Origin: Octopus bimaculoides
Taxonomy: Eukaryota
Direction: 5' to 3'
Assembly (NCBI RefSeq): GCF_001194135.2
Contig: NC_068984.1
Location: 53,361,510 to 53,425,509, forward strand
DNA: 64,000 nt
This document shows, piece after piece, positions 40,820 to 54,128 of the stretch (position 1 is its first letter; every line of letters starts with the position of its first letter). A program made the translations under genes and the position numbers. Below the pieces are notes generated by a model that was not told where the DNA came from, ran no database searches, and saw nothing but the letters and a program-made list of their open reading frames with translations.

Positions 40820-40948
40820 TTTGATAATGTGTAAAGCGGTACCAAACACTGGAGAATTTATGATTAAGTCATTGAAAATATTGTTGAAGCACTGCAGTCT
40901 CTTTAGAATGTCAGATGTGGTTCCGGTTTCTGGGCAATTTTGAAGACT
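40820..40948 (-). CDS. C6orf118: C6orf118-like coding exon 2 (SLQNCPETGTTSDILKRLQCFNNIFNDLIINSPVFGTALHIIK)
   Basis: ttctccag| acceptor and |gtaagc donor; 129 nt, phase 0-0, open frame. Matches the TSNAXIP1_N-like RLxxFxxxFxDxxxxSxxFGxxLxxxK pattern. Confidence 0.88.
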
Positions 40949-43900
40949 CTGGAGAATTAAACCAACAAACTTGTATTTCTAATGATGAACTGAGAAGTTA
41001 GTAAATTAATAAACAAAATGTGTGTGAATAATGTTGATTTCTTCCATAGATACAAGGTAAATTTTTGCAAAGCTGAAGAAATACAGGTACAATACCAACT
41101 TTCAGGACACTGATGATGCGGAACCTCTGACAATCTGCATTAATTTATACTAACATACAGGTACTTGTATTTCATGTAATTATTTAAGTAAAATCATTAT
41201 TTGTTTCATTTAGAGTGTTCTGACTAAGATGATGTCACTTGGGTTTGAAAAATCAGTAACTGAGGAAGGGCTTTGAACCAAAGGTTCGAGAAAATCAATG
41301 TTGAACTTGTACAGTTATGATATTTAGTCTAGACAATTCTTTCATTTGTACTTATTTTACTGACTTTCTCTACCAATGAATGAAGTGCTAAGTTAACAAT
41401 GTCACAATTTTGATTAAATACTGAAAAAGATTTAGCTTAATATTCTATCATTTCTGCCCACTCAAGAACCTCTATGTGGTCTTTTGACCTGTGAGGAGCA
41501 ATAATCAAATCTCACTCATATCTATCATTAATACAAGGAAAAATGTATGTATATGTCTGTCTGTCTGTCTATCTATCTATTTCTTCTATAAATTTCTTCA
41601 CAAATTCATGCATTTTCCTAGCTCTGTTTTTATCTGCAATTTCTAATGAGACTAATCTATAAACATCATCCCAATTTCTTATTTTATCATAATTTTGAAG
41701 TAAAAATTAACATATGGCAATGAAGTAAGCCATGTTTCTGAAAGTCTATTGCATAGATATATGTAACAGAGATTCCAAATACATGTTGCTCCTTTAAATC
41801 ATTCAGTAACACAGTAAGAAGGGCTTTGTACAATCTAGCTATTAAGTCAGGTGGCTTTTCTATGGTTTCATTTCATTTTAGATTGTTTGAAATTTTAGGG
41901 CATATTGGGTTACAGGTGTACATTAAAAAGAAGTCAGGCTTGCTATACTTTGCTACTATTGCCATAGCTTCTTGAAAGTAATGAGACATGTTACATGACA
42001 GCCAATGAATGAATAAGGAAGTAGACTAGTAAACCTAGTTCAAAGTTCTGACTTTCTTTAACTACAAGGTGATCTATCAGTCCACTGTACTGTGCAACTT
42101 ATAGGTGAGACTGTTTGTTTCTTAGAACATATAAACAGTACTCTTCAACCAAGACATACACATCAACTAAATCATGATCATCATCACTTAATGTCTGCTC
42201 TCCATGCTGGCATGGAAAGTGCACAATAATAATTTGGGATATTTTTTTCAGAAATTATTAGCTTCCTCATTATTAACATAAGAATGAAGCTTGAGTTCAT
42301 TGGGATAAGGCTGCTGAAGGGAAGTCACATTTTACCTTTAAAGGCTTATTTTTTAATCTTAAAGCATCACAATGAAGACAGAATTTATTTATTTCTCTGA
42401 CATTGTAGGGTTCAACATTAAATTGTTTTTTCTGAAGTTTAGGAACACCAAATCATTTCTAACATTGTTTCTCTAAGCATTTCTCAAATTAAGCAACTGA
42501 TTTTTTTCTTCTGTTTTCTCATTGCATTTGATAGTTTTCTTGAAATTCTTCTTATAATTGTGTCTTCTGTTCTTCATTCACATTACTTCATCAAACTTCT
42601 GTCTCTTGATGTTATCACAGATGATCAACTTGCTGTTCACCATTTTTGTACTCATTTTCATATACTCTGACATTCTCGTTGGTGCTAAACATATCTTGTG
42701 CATTCATGTTAAGTTATGTTGCCTCTTCTTTGTCTCAAATTAACTCTTATTTCCTATCTTTTTTCCTTTCATTCTTCTCTTATCTTTCTCCTGTTGTTTC
42801 AATTTCATTCCATTGTGAAAATTGTTATAATGTTAAGTGAAAATAAAACTGAAAGTGCAAAAATTGTAGAAGAGATAAAAGATAGTGTAAAGTGAGAATA
42901 AAATTTGCAGGGTAAAAACTTTGCCTTTTCTGATGATGGACTTGAACAATAATTGAGAGATAACTGTATTAAAAAAAAAAAAAAAAACTTTCAGTCCTTT
43001 GTTACTACTTATTTTTGAGGTGGTAAACTACTATACAAAAACCTTCAGTCAATAACACAATTAATTCTGCTGTTTGGAAGGTGACTATAAACTTCTCTGT
43101 GAAAAAAAAAAAAAAAAAAAAAAATCATGAAACCATTCCCTGCAGTGAATAAAAACAACTCACTGAAACTTAAACTATCTAATTGATATATTGTTATGCT
43201 GATATCGTGGGTAAAATTATTATTAGTAAAACTCCCTTTGATATTTACCACATGCCAAAAATATAACTAACCTATAGCAATATTGAGGGAAGGGGGAAAG
43301 TCAGTTACAACAAACCTCAGCACTTGACTAGCATTTTATTTTACTGACTTTAAAAGGATGAAAGACAGAAGTTGACCTTAGTGGGATTTGAACTCATAAT
43401 GTTAAGAGCCTTAAGAAATGTCACTAAGTATTTTGTCCAATGCTCTAACAATTCTCTAAAATTGCCACTTTTTTTTTGTGATACAATTTTTAAAAAATTA
43501 ATTTTTCCTTATCATTTTATTCAGAAAGAAAAGAAATCCATTTTCTGATTAATCATTTAATAACTTGCTCATTAGTTTATGATTGATAATGAGTTTATCA
43601 TGTTCAGTGGGTGTGTAGTGCTCAGCAAGCACACCCACAATGTATACTCCATCAACAAAGATACTAAAAGATGGTGGCAGAAGTCAACAGTGACAGTCAC
43701 TCTTTTAATGCAGTTCAGTTTATCTGATATTTGGCTTAATGGGGTCCAGTTTAATGAAGGTTCTCTGTAATTAACTATGTGAATGAAATTGCGATTTTTT
43801 TTTAATATCAAAGAAACCAAGACAGTCAGATTATGTCAATAAACTTACAGAGGATGTGTAGCATTTTCTATATTTGAGATAAATATATTACATTTAGAAA

Positions 43901-44357
43901 CAGATATACATTCCATCAGAGAAGCAGTTACTAACTTAGAGAGGAAGACAAGACTCTTTTATAACTGGGGTAGATGTATTACATTTACTATAAATCTGTC
44001 ATTCAAGAATAACAGATGATTATCAAGTGTTTAAGTAAGGGATGCTTAATGTATTGTATAGTACAATCTATAGATTCAGTAGGTTTTTCTCTATGCCTTT
44101 GCTTCATCAAATGGCAGCAGCAGCAAGAAAATGGATAAAGCTAGAGTTGAACTTGAGGTTATAGGAGCTTATTAATCTGGTACCTTAACCATGTAGTCAG
44201 TTTGCCCTATATTAAGCATTACTGAAATTTTTTTCAGTGGTAAACTTAAATAATACTTTAGTATATTACTTATATTGCACAGTTTCAAATATTTACATTA
44301 CAAATAAGCAAAGAATAGTGAAAGAATTTGTTTCATGGAAAAGAAATTTCTTGTTAC

Positions 44358-44933
44358 CTCTTTCAACTTCTTCAGCAGAGCGTCAACCATCCCCTTACTA
44401 CTATAGGCTGTTTTCCCCACTTTTTTAGAATGCCTCAGAAAATTCCGAGATGCATTCATTGAGTTATATTGGTCTTTTTTGGTGACATCTAACATACAGC
44501 TGGAGATAAAACCGAACTTTGTCAAAGGAGGCATGAAAATTGGGGGACAGGTAAAACGAACATCTTTGAAGCCATCATTCTTGGTATTTTTCAGTGAAGT
44601 CGATGCCTTATTAAATTCCTGTGTTTGACTTTGTTTAGTGTCATGGCTAGTAAGTAATTGATCGGAATATTTTTGTTCAATTAAAGGCAAGAATGGTAAC
44701 TGTTTCTGTTTATTTGTTAAGATGTTGATTTTATTAACTTGATTGTATTGTGAATCTGTTTTCTCATCAGTTGTATAGTTTTGTTTCTTATATTGAGAAG
44801 AACTCCATGGTTGGTGCTCAGGTTTCCTTTGGACTTTGAATTGACTCAAATGAGAATTAGAGAAATAAACAGACTGTTTTTTACTAGCATCCTGAATAGA
44901 ATCAAGAATTTCAGTTAACCGGTGACCTGCCAT
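44358..44933 (-). CDS. C6orf118: C6orf118-like protein, coding exon 1 (192 aa, MAGHRLTEILDSIQDASKK...MVDALLKKLKE)
   Basis: The ATG at 44933 is preceded by in-frame stops. Acceptor tttcag| lies at 44993 and donor GAG|gtaaca at 44358 (phase 0). LTEILDSIQDASKKQSVYFSNSHL and FISSCMLDVTKKDQY resemble the N-terminal and middle blocks of vertebrate C6orf118 as I recall them. Confidence 0.85.
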
Positions 44934-45849
44934 TTAGATTTAGGATTTGATGGATAATTTGCTTTTAATAGTCCAAATGATTAATAACATTCCCTGAAAT
45001 TAAAAGAAAAAAAAATCCATTGTATTTAGTTAAACATAGTTCATTTCACAAACACATACATGTATATGTGCATAAAAAGTTTCCTTATTGACTGATACAA
45101 GAGGAGAAATATTCAATTGTAAATCTGAAATATCTGTAACACTTGCTCCAATAATTCAAACACATAAGTTTAAATTTATAACACTGCACTTCAATAGCAT
45201 GATAACTAACTAAATATATCAAAATATGTTTAGCCTGGCTATTTTAGGATTTGGGGAAAAATCTAAATTTAGAGAAGAAATAAAGCAAACCAAAATAATG
45301 GTTTTAAACATTACTGTGGTCAAATATAGAACTGTTCATGTTCACTACATTAAATAACCTAATATGACATAGCCATTCATTATTAGTGAATGCAGAGAGG
45401 CAATTTCATTTACGCAACTGTTAAATTATTTTACCAAATTCATTTCTCAACAAATCTTAAAATATCACTATTTAAAATATTTATACACTTAAAATATTAT
45501 ATTAAATCAATTAATATTAACATTAAATATTATTAAAATTTATATTACAAACATTAGTTTAAAAGTTATATTTACAAATACACCATTGAAAAGCAAGAGA
45601 TCTGTCTAAACATTTGAGTTTTGGCAAACTTGGAAAGAAATAGACTATCTTTCATTACAGGAACTTTAAAACTGTAATTTCAAACTTGGAAATACTAAAA
45701 AAATAAAAATAAAGCAAAAAAGATTTGAAAACTAAGAAACATGTTATTTGTCCCTTGATCAGTTCTGCTTAAACATTATGAAAAGCTATCCAATCAAGAT
45801 CATACTTTTATTTTATTTTACAGTAATGAATCAAGTGTATGTGTGTGTG

Positions 45850-46230
45850 TGGTACAAAATGAGTAACTGGGTCAAAATGAGTAATTTCCGATTTCTCCTT
45901 ATTTCCTCCCTACCTGTTTGAAACCATTACATTGCAAGTATTGCATCATCATTTTGTACTGTTGTATCATCTTTGGGACTAAAAATTGGTTAGCATAGTT
46001 GTTGAAGTTGAAGGAGTTTGAAACATAGGTGACAAGTACATTTTTTCTAGAAACTTTTCCTCAAATTTGTCCTGATTGTAATTGATGTTGCTAATAAAAT
46101 AATTGGATAATTTTTGGTGTTTAACAATCCAAATTCTTTTCTCTGTTGGAGTCCAAGTCAAATTTTTCCCCAAACTAATGTCTAATTTGGTAACTTTCAA
46201 TTTTCTAAAAAGTGGAGCAATATGAGTAAT
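45850..46230 (-). mobile_element. Fragment of a Tc1/mariner-superfamily element (N-terminal HTH-like)
   Basis: ORF-track peptide WTPTEKRIWIVKH...KFEEKF...PSTST resembles the N-terminal HTH of DD37D/DD41D-type transposases. A repeated caaaatgagtaa lies near one end. Confidence 0.45.
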
Positions 46231-47005
46231 GACTTATTTCAATAATTTCTTCTTTTTAACTGTATTGTGTGTAAATATACCAGAAAGAGAGCCACTACAG
46301 CAGATCATGAAGAAGATATAAAGAATATTTTACATTGAGTTTTTTTTTTATTTAGTCGAGTTTCATTAATTTCATATTGTGAGTCATTACCATGATCCTT
46401 TTTTGTTTTTAAAATTAAAATTAATTAAAATTTTTGTTGCATTTCTAATTTTTCTGATGTCTGAAGATGGATATTAATGTGTATGAATCTTTTTTCAAAT
46501 ACAATTCTGGAGAACTGAAGAAGCAAATTTACTTCATCTTACCCTATTCATTTTGCTCCATCTTAAATTTGTATTTTAAATCCTCAAAGAGAATGGAGAT
46601 AATTTTCTCAGATAGTGTTCTGAATATGTTATAATGTTTTTAATACATTTAAAGAATATCATTTGCTTAGCTGATATAGTTTTTGTAAGGTAGTGAACAT
46701 TTATAAAAAATATATACTTTTTCTCAAAGCCAAAAATGCAGTAAATGTTACTCATTGTGTCCCACCTCCCTACTAAATTATCAAATATGCCTTTTTGACA
46801 GAATGTAATTTGAGTTTGTCTGATATTTCTAGTAAACGTATGTATAGTTGGCTGCACAAAACATGTTTATCTTAGATTATTCTTCCCATCTACACAATAG
46901 GGCTTTCCTATAAGTAGGTTATCTCCCTTGGCTTGGCGGCGCTCCATGTAGACAATTAAACTTCCGCAGACTATCCACGCTATTGTTATTGTTTTACGTC
47001 TTATC

Positions 47006-47152
47006 ATGAATATAAAGCAGCTCGATAATTCAGCTATCAAAGTACTTACTGTGCCTGAGTTAAAGAAATATTTAAGATTATATGGACAGTATGTTACTGG
47101 AAGAAAGGCGGACTTGACTATATGTAATTTTAACTCTGAATCATTACGTTAA
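47006..47152 (+). CDS. Small SAP-domain ORF (48 aa), probably a transposon-derived gene fragment
   Basis: MNIKQLDNSAIKVLTVPELKKYLRLYGQYVTGRKADL matches the SAP pattern LTVxELKxxLxxxGxxxxGxKxDL. It is preceded by a CpG-rich stretch. Confidence 0.55.
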   Translation: MNIKQLDNSAIKVLTVPELKKYLRLYGQYVTGRKADLTICNFNSESLR

Positions 47153-49385
47153 AAAAAAGTTTGAGTTGTCACCCTTGCCTTCAGTTGATTTATGTATTGG
47201 TTCGACAAATATCAACGTCGCTTCAATATAAGTTGTCTTGATTAATAAAACAGTTATAATATTCACCGCATTATATTTGACATTTCTTTTCTCACTGAAA
47301 GCAAACTAATCGTCCCTGAGACATGTTGAACTCTGCTCAAACTTGGGTTCTTTTACATCAAACACATGCGATATGAAAATGCCTTTGGCTACGACACTGG
47401 TTTGTCATATAGACAGCTTTTTCTACAAGATTAACTGAATTTAGCATTGAGGCCAATGAAATATTCATCAAATATCAGTACTGCTGTTGGATAATGTGAG
47501 TCAGCAAAACAGTCTCTTCGTAGCCGCTCCACCTGCTAGAAATAAAAGACAAACCTCCCACAAATCACAACCCAACTGTCTATAAAAGGATATATTGTAA
47601 TTCTATGTTCCTGGGTTTCATGGTTGGAGAGCTTTTGATCTTAGGGTTGCTTGACCAGAGTTTATTTGGGGACTAAATAACAACAGTAAATTATACGAGC
47701 CAATAAAGAAGCCTTTAGGTGGTCATTCGCCATGTCAGAAATAAAAACCAAATTCTCTGTCAAATCATACTTTACCATTTTATAATGAAAGGAACACATT
47801 GGATAATGCAGGTTTAGATGTCACGACTGAGAAGCTCTTTATCATGAATTTACTAGATCAGAGTTGACCTGAAATTGCTCAACAACAGCGAATTAGACCA
47901 GTAAATGTGGATGACTGAAACGCAATACATACACCATAACACTCCTAATATGTGAACAATTTGACTCTCAGTTGATTGTTCTGTCTCTTTTCAACTCAGT
48001 TATTTATATATAACTTTTCAGTGAGAAAATTAGTTGTTAGTCAACATGAGGTGGATTAAAATCATGTCAGCATTTTAAGATAACAACTACTAGTTTTAGT
48101 TTAAAGTTTAGATGTTGGTTATATGAAGAGAAATTAACTGGGAAATTATCTACTTAAGAAAATAACTAAACTCTTATGATGTAAATTAACAGTGAAAGAT
48201 GAACTGTGAATATGAAGTCAAATGATCTGTCACAGTAGGTCAGAAATTAGTTAAGTACAGAAGGATGAGCCAGGTCAACTTGAGAGATATGTTTGAAGCA
48301 AAAGAATTGAGAAAGTTACTTAAAATATCAATGTATTTACATAAGAGAAATGGTCACACTGGTAAAGTGTCTTTTCGATGAAAACTTATTTGAATTTTTG
48401 GAAAGTAACAACGAAAGGATTTGTAAACAATACTTGGGATAATATTAGTAGATAATTCAGTTAAAACAGGAGTTCAAGCATCAACGTCATCCATAAGAAA
48501 TGTTGTACTGCAGATCTGTTCATTTATGTCAGCACTGAAAATCAAGGCGATAAAATGATGAAGACGACCAGTGTGTGTGTGTGTGGGGGGGGAGGTGACT
48601 GTCCTCCAGTTCCACCTAATTTTTAGCATATCATTATAGTTAATGGTGGGTCCTGAGGCCCTCAACGCATTTTGGTACTGGCGTACTACACGAAGCATAA
48701 AACATCAATCGTCAGCTTTTGTAAAATAGAGGGCCCCACTGACAATTCTCTAATTGGGCCCTGTACTTCCTAGCCCGAGTATGTGCGCGGAGCCCTGTTT
48801 TGGTGCGGAGGACAATTTAAACAAATCTGCCTAAATGGCTTAAATCCGGCCCTGAACATGACAGGTCTTAAGATATGAATAGACTAAATGAAGGAGAAAG
48901 TTTAATAAACAATGGAATTAATATTTTTGTTGAGCACCCAAATATTTGTCTTGAAAACTCAATGAAAACTATACATTAAACTTGACTGCGTTGTTTAACA
49001 AGCAGAAACACCTCGTCATAATATTGTGCGAAAATTATACTTAGTGAGTGACTGAGTGGTGGTGTGCTTAGAAATTAGCAGAAATTCATTCAGTTCAGTC
49101 GATGTTAGAAGTTATTCCCATTAACTTTAGTTAAATGGTAACTTGTAGGCGTTGCTTTAATAGTTTCTCTTTCAAGTAAATCTTTTCTCAACATAATGTT
49201 CCATACGCTAAAAACTATATATTGCAATAGACCAAAGAAAATTCTAATCTTGTTTTTCTAATGAGAATTGTTGCTTTCCTTATATATTTAAACATGCTCA
49301 CAGAAGAGACTTAACTTAAAAAGTTTGATGTTAAAAAGTGTCCTTTCAGAACATCCGTGCATACATACGTTTAAAGTTTAGTTAC

Positions 49386-49520
49386 CGTCCTCGCTTTCTT
49401 TCTCTTGTAACAAAGTGATATAGTGTTCTAATAGAACAAATGTTAAAGATGTGTATATAAAAAAGAGGAAATAGAAGCGTCACTACGTTAAGGAACTAAA
49501 AAGACGTATTTCACATTTCA
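49386..49520 (-). other. Putative non-coding first exon of the C6orf118-like gene (5' boundary approximate)
   Basis: Donor ACG|gtaact at 49386 lies in a CpG-retaining stretch just downstream of an X-box. It would splice to the strong acceptor at 44993, upstream of the ATG. Confidence 0.45.
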
Positions 49521-49555
49521 AAGAAAATAATTAACAGTAAAGTGGCTGTCAGTTT

Positions 49556-49569
49556 GTTTCCAAGGAAAC
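49556..49569. promoter_or_regulatory. RFX X-box-like palindrome GTTTCCAAGGAAAC
   Basis: Perfect 6-bp arms (GTTTCC/GGAAAC) with a 2-nt spacer. It fits the GTYNCC-NN-GGNAAC X-box pattern of ciliary genes, but the spacer is AA rather than AT. Confidence 0.6.
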
Positions 49570-51313
49570 CGAGATTCAAGGGACGTAACTGCTTACTCAT
49601 TAGCTATTCCATTAATGGAATATTTTCTTAGACCTAAATGAATAAAGTGATATATCTTTCAATTAAGCGATCCATAACATTCATATACCCACTTCACCTG
49701 ACAAATTTAGCTTATTAAATTAATATGGTGTTACAAATGCAGAATAAAATATAAAAGCTTTACATTTAAGTTGTACACATACACAGTGATACCCAACCCA
49801 GAACCACATGGTTATGAAACAACTGGTTATGAAACAAACTTTTTGTTAATTATACAGCCATGCCAGCACCAAAATTTTAAATAGCTTTATTAATATTATT
49901 ATTACTTATTTTTTTTTTTAGAGCTGTAGCTACTATCTTTAATCCAGTGGGAGTCAGTGAAACTGTGTGTTCAAGTCTAGCTATATGTTTTCTCTGAAGA
50001 TAGAATACAGTATATTAAGATTTGTTAAAATTTTACCTGGGTAGACATACAATAGCAGAATAGTATTACAGCTATATCATGTCTTCCATTTTGTTCCATA
50101 GTTAAGATAGTTTCCTTCTTGACTTAGAGTGAAAAATAATAGATAACAATTTTCAAGATAGAAAAGGTGACAAATGTATAACAAGCTTTCAAAGATGTTG
50201 TCTCTTAAGACTGCACATTCAAATTATTATGTGGACTATTATACCATCAAAAGAATCATATGTTTAAACAAAAGAAAAAAAAGCCTCAAAAAACAAAAGA
50301 ACATCATTTTTTATAAACTTCCAGCCGTTGTGGTTTTCAAAATAATCATGAACTTTTATGGGTACTGCTAGCATCTATAACTACTCAGTCTATGCCATTT
50401 GTTCTTTAAAAGATGGTAGGATGTAATTTGAGGGAGATGTTGCTGCTATGTCTAGAAGGTAGAGTGATTTCATAGAGGTTATTTCATTGGCTCATTTGTA
50501 TTTGTAGGTAGTGGTAGCTGCCTATAGCAGTGAGCAAGGTGAACTCAGTCAAAGCAGGATAGTTGCAGCTCCTCTGCATTTATCATTGGGAGTTGTTATT
50601 GGGGGTTTATCTGAAGTTATTTTAACCACTGAATACTTCTGTTATATGGAAGTCTTTCTTGTTGAAAACTATTAAGGTCTAAGTTGCATTTATATCTTAA
50701 CTCAACATACTGTTGTCTCTGTTTTATCTATTTTCATCTTCTGTCTAGAACAAAAATTCAAAGAAATATACAACAGATCTTAAAAGTTTACTGAAACTTC
50801 TAACATCCACCTGAAATAATAATAAAAAAAAAACATAATATCAGTACTGAAATACATACACAATACTACTCTACCCACCACCCATCATTTGAGGGGCCTA
50901 GTCTCACTACTGCTTGTACCACACACACACAAAAAAAGAAAAATCACCCAATACACATTGTAAAGTGATTGGTATTAGGAAGGGGGTCAATTTGTGGAAA
51001 CCATGCCAATGCAGACACTGGAGTTTGGCACAGTCCTGTGAGTTGCCAGCTCCTTTGAACTGGCAAACCCATGCCAGCATGGAAAACTGCTGTTAATTAG
51101 CAATTATAATGTTGTTCATGATAATTTAATGAAATTTATTCCACTTCTCAGCAAGGCAAATGAACTGAATCAAAATAGTGAAATGTAATACTGATGCAGT
51201 AATGACCATATTTTCTTCAGTACATTTCATAATCAGTAGAGTTTGTAGTGAAACTACCTCTATCACCATTATATACAAACAAGTGTGAGCGTAGTAGAAA
51301 ACATCTCATTCCC

Positions 51314-52138
51314 TGTCATCACCTGACTGACTATTATTTCGGCGGCATTTGCCTCATACCGTTTCCCGCCAGGACGCAAACTGACCAACCACAGCCACTA
51401 ATAAGGTCATGTGAGAGAGAGTATTTTTCTGATGCCTTCTGGAGCCCCTATTTTACTATAAATAGACTAAATTATCCCCGCCAATTCATCGCGGCTCAGA
51501 TCTTAGATCTGGTCGTTTGACCACACACACGTAACACAGCACCAACCAACCAGCCAGTTTCCAGCGACGACATCAACAACCACTTCAACTACAAACTACA
51601 AGCATCGCCCCCGACGTCGCCAGCAGCAACACGGCTCTACGACTACCAGCATCGTCCCCAACAGCGTCAACATGACTTCTACACGTACACAAGCTACCAA
51701 CAGCTAACCGCAGCACTTCTCAGCCCTGTTTGTGTGAATCGCCTCACCACAGAATTAACAGCCATAACTCAGCCTGCGAAGAACCCATCTGTATTCAAGA
51801 ATCCGGCGCGGCATAGAAGCCCCAGCATCACGACGATTGACAGCTCTGCCTTAACGCTTTAACCTCTTACATACAAATTATCAATACTACGGTGTACCCT
51901 AACTAAGAACTGGTATATTTCCTTATCCGTGTTACTGACTCTTATCAATACTTGTATCACTCGCATTCACATACATGTATTACTTGCACACACTCTTGTT
52001 TACATGACGGCCTGTCTTTAATGTGTTTTATTATGTCGCATTCACACACACACACAGACATACAATTTAATGCTACAATAAATCTTACTGTTATACATCT
52101 CTATCGGTTGCGTTCCTATCTTGTATCCTACTGGCACA
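51314..52138 (+). mobile_element. Probable solo LTR (Gypsy/BEL-like)
   Basis: An ~825-bp CpG-rich island in an AT-rich background. It starts TGT and ends ACA, with a TATA-like ctataaata near 51457 and AATAAA near 52078. No clean TSD. Confidence 0.55.
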
Positions 52139-52725
52139 TTTCTTAGTTCTCTATGTTATAGAATTATAACATATTTATCATTTTATATTTTGTGGCGACT
52201 GTGTGATGCGTTAAAAAAGGAGCCTGTTTTCCTTTCGTCACCATTTCTCCTTTGGTTCGCACGGTCGTTCTTACAAGTTCATCAGTGGGTCATTAACTTT
52301 ACTGTCAGATTTTAATTACTTGCCCTTAACTACAATCACATGGCCTACTTGGATGTCCTTATTGTTGCAGACATTTGGGCCAAGTCTCTGGTTGAGGATG
52401 ACTCCCTTCCATTAAGTCATGAAGTTCTTGGAAAAGGATCATGATGCAAACTTTTCTTCTTTAAAACAATAATGACAAATTGTTATCGTGAAGAAAAGTA
52501 CGAGTCAAACTTGATGATTTGAATTGTTTGTTGTAAGACATTCATCTTTAAAGAGAGAAGATCTATCATGTTAATCTAAAAGTAAATACTCATACAATCT
52601 CAAGACTTATTTTGGATTGCAGATAATAAGTCTGGTGCATATTACATTGCTCCATAATTATTAAATTGCTGAATCTTTGACACAACACAGGATTCAGACT
52701 TATGTAAACACACATATACATATAA

Positions 52726-52784
<59 letters not shown>

Positions 52785-52954
52785 ATCATCTTGTTACACA
52801 CACACACACACACATACACATGTATATATATGTTATCACTTATTAATATACTTTATCACTTTCTTTGATTTGCAATGGTAGAAAGATTAACTCTGTACTG
52901 AGTACTTAACTGAATGCAATCTTCCTTGTTTTTAATAAAGAGTAGGCCTGAAAT

Positions 52955-53300
52955 AAATGAAGCTAGTATGCCCTGCTAGATGTGCAATGTCAGTGTGCAT
53001 GTATGACAGTGTGTATGTATGACAGTAAGCATCTTGAGAAAAAAATTAGGTATGAGGCATCAGATGTAGTGTGCAAGAGAGAAAACTGTGCTGGTATGGT
53101 CATGTGATGTATATGGATGAGGGAAACTGTGTAAAGAAGTGCCAATCTCTAACTGTGGAGGTATCCTGCAGAAAGGCAGACCCAGAAAGACTTGGGATGA
53201 GGTAGTGAGATATGGTCTTCAGATGTTGAGTCTCATGGAGGCGATGACAAGTAACTGAGACTTTTGGCAATTTTCTGTACTTGAGAAGATACATCAAACT
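52955..53300 (+). mobile_element. RTE-clade LINE 3' fragment
   Basis: Decayed LREKLGMRGIRC..QERKLCWYGHV.MDE..CVKKC..L.VE...GRPRKTWDEVV. Similar fragments lie at about 18130-18360(-), 20400-20580(+), 29600-29995(-), 57610-58130(+), 58730-59030(-) and 9600-9945(-). Confidence 0.85.
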
Positions 53301-53410
53301 AAGTGAAATCATAGTTGTGGCCAGTGCTGGTGATGCGTAAAAGGCACCCATATCAGTGACATATAAAAAGCACCCGTGTTGGTGACAGATAAAAGACACC
53401 CAGTACACTG

Positions 53411-53475
<65 letters not shown>

Positions 53476-53917
53476 TGTATACATATTTAAGAATGTTTTC
53501 ATGCTCACTTTTCATGCTTGCATGAATCAGATGGAATTTGTTGAGGCAGTTTTTTCTACAGCCGGATGCCATTCCTGTCACTTACCCTCACCTATTTCAA
53601 AGCAAGATAATATTTTTCCTTGACCAGACATGTTTTTCAAAGAAGGATGAAAACAAACAACATACTTGCTTGTTTACAACTTTCATGTGACGTCAAGACA
53701 AGATATGCAGACATTTATACACATGTGTATCAAGCTTCTCTCAGTTTCTGTCTCCCAAATCCAACAACATCCACTTACAAGGCTTTGGCTGGCCCAGGGC
53801 TGTAACACAAGTCACTTGCCCAAGGCACCATGCTGTGGGACAGAACCTGAGACCACATGGTTCAAAAGCAAGCTTCCCAACCAGAGCCAAACCTTTGTCT
53901 GTCTGTCTGTGCATGCT

Positions 53918-54022
53918 TGTATGTATGTATGTATGTATGTATGTATGTATGTATGTATGTATGTATGTATGTATGTATGTATGTATGTATGTATGTATGT
54001 ATGTGTGTGTGTNNNNNNNNNN

Positions 54023-54075
<53 letters not shown>

Positions 54076-54128
54076 ATGTATGTATGTATGCATGCATGTA
54101 TGTATGTATGTATGTATACATGCATATA
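53918..54128. repeat. (TATG)n/(TG)n compound microsatellite spanning a 10-N gap
   Basis: Direct reading. Other long runs: (TG)n 18860-18898, (TA)n 52729-52782 and 53413-53462. Confidence 0.95.

Noticed and set aside
42550-42850. Purine-rich minus-strand stretch resembling an E/K/N-rich exon
   Set aside because: It has stops in the frames I read and no usable splice pair. Exons 1 and 2 already join in phase.
46576-46857. 93-aa minus-strand ORF near the CpG-rich patch
   Set aside because: AT-rich, with no recognisable motif and no splice-phase link to the gene; likely chance or TE debris.
48630-48854. hAT-like terminus aatccggccctg with possible transposase debris upstream
   Set aside because: No matching left TIR or 8-bp TSD was found, so the boundaries cannot be supported.
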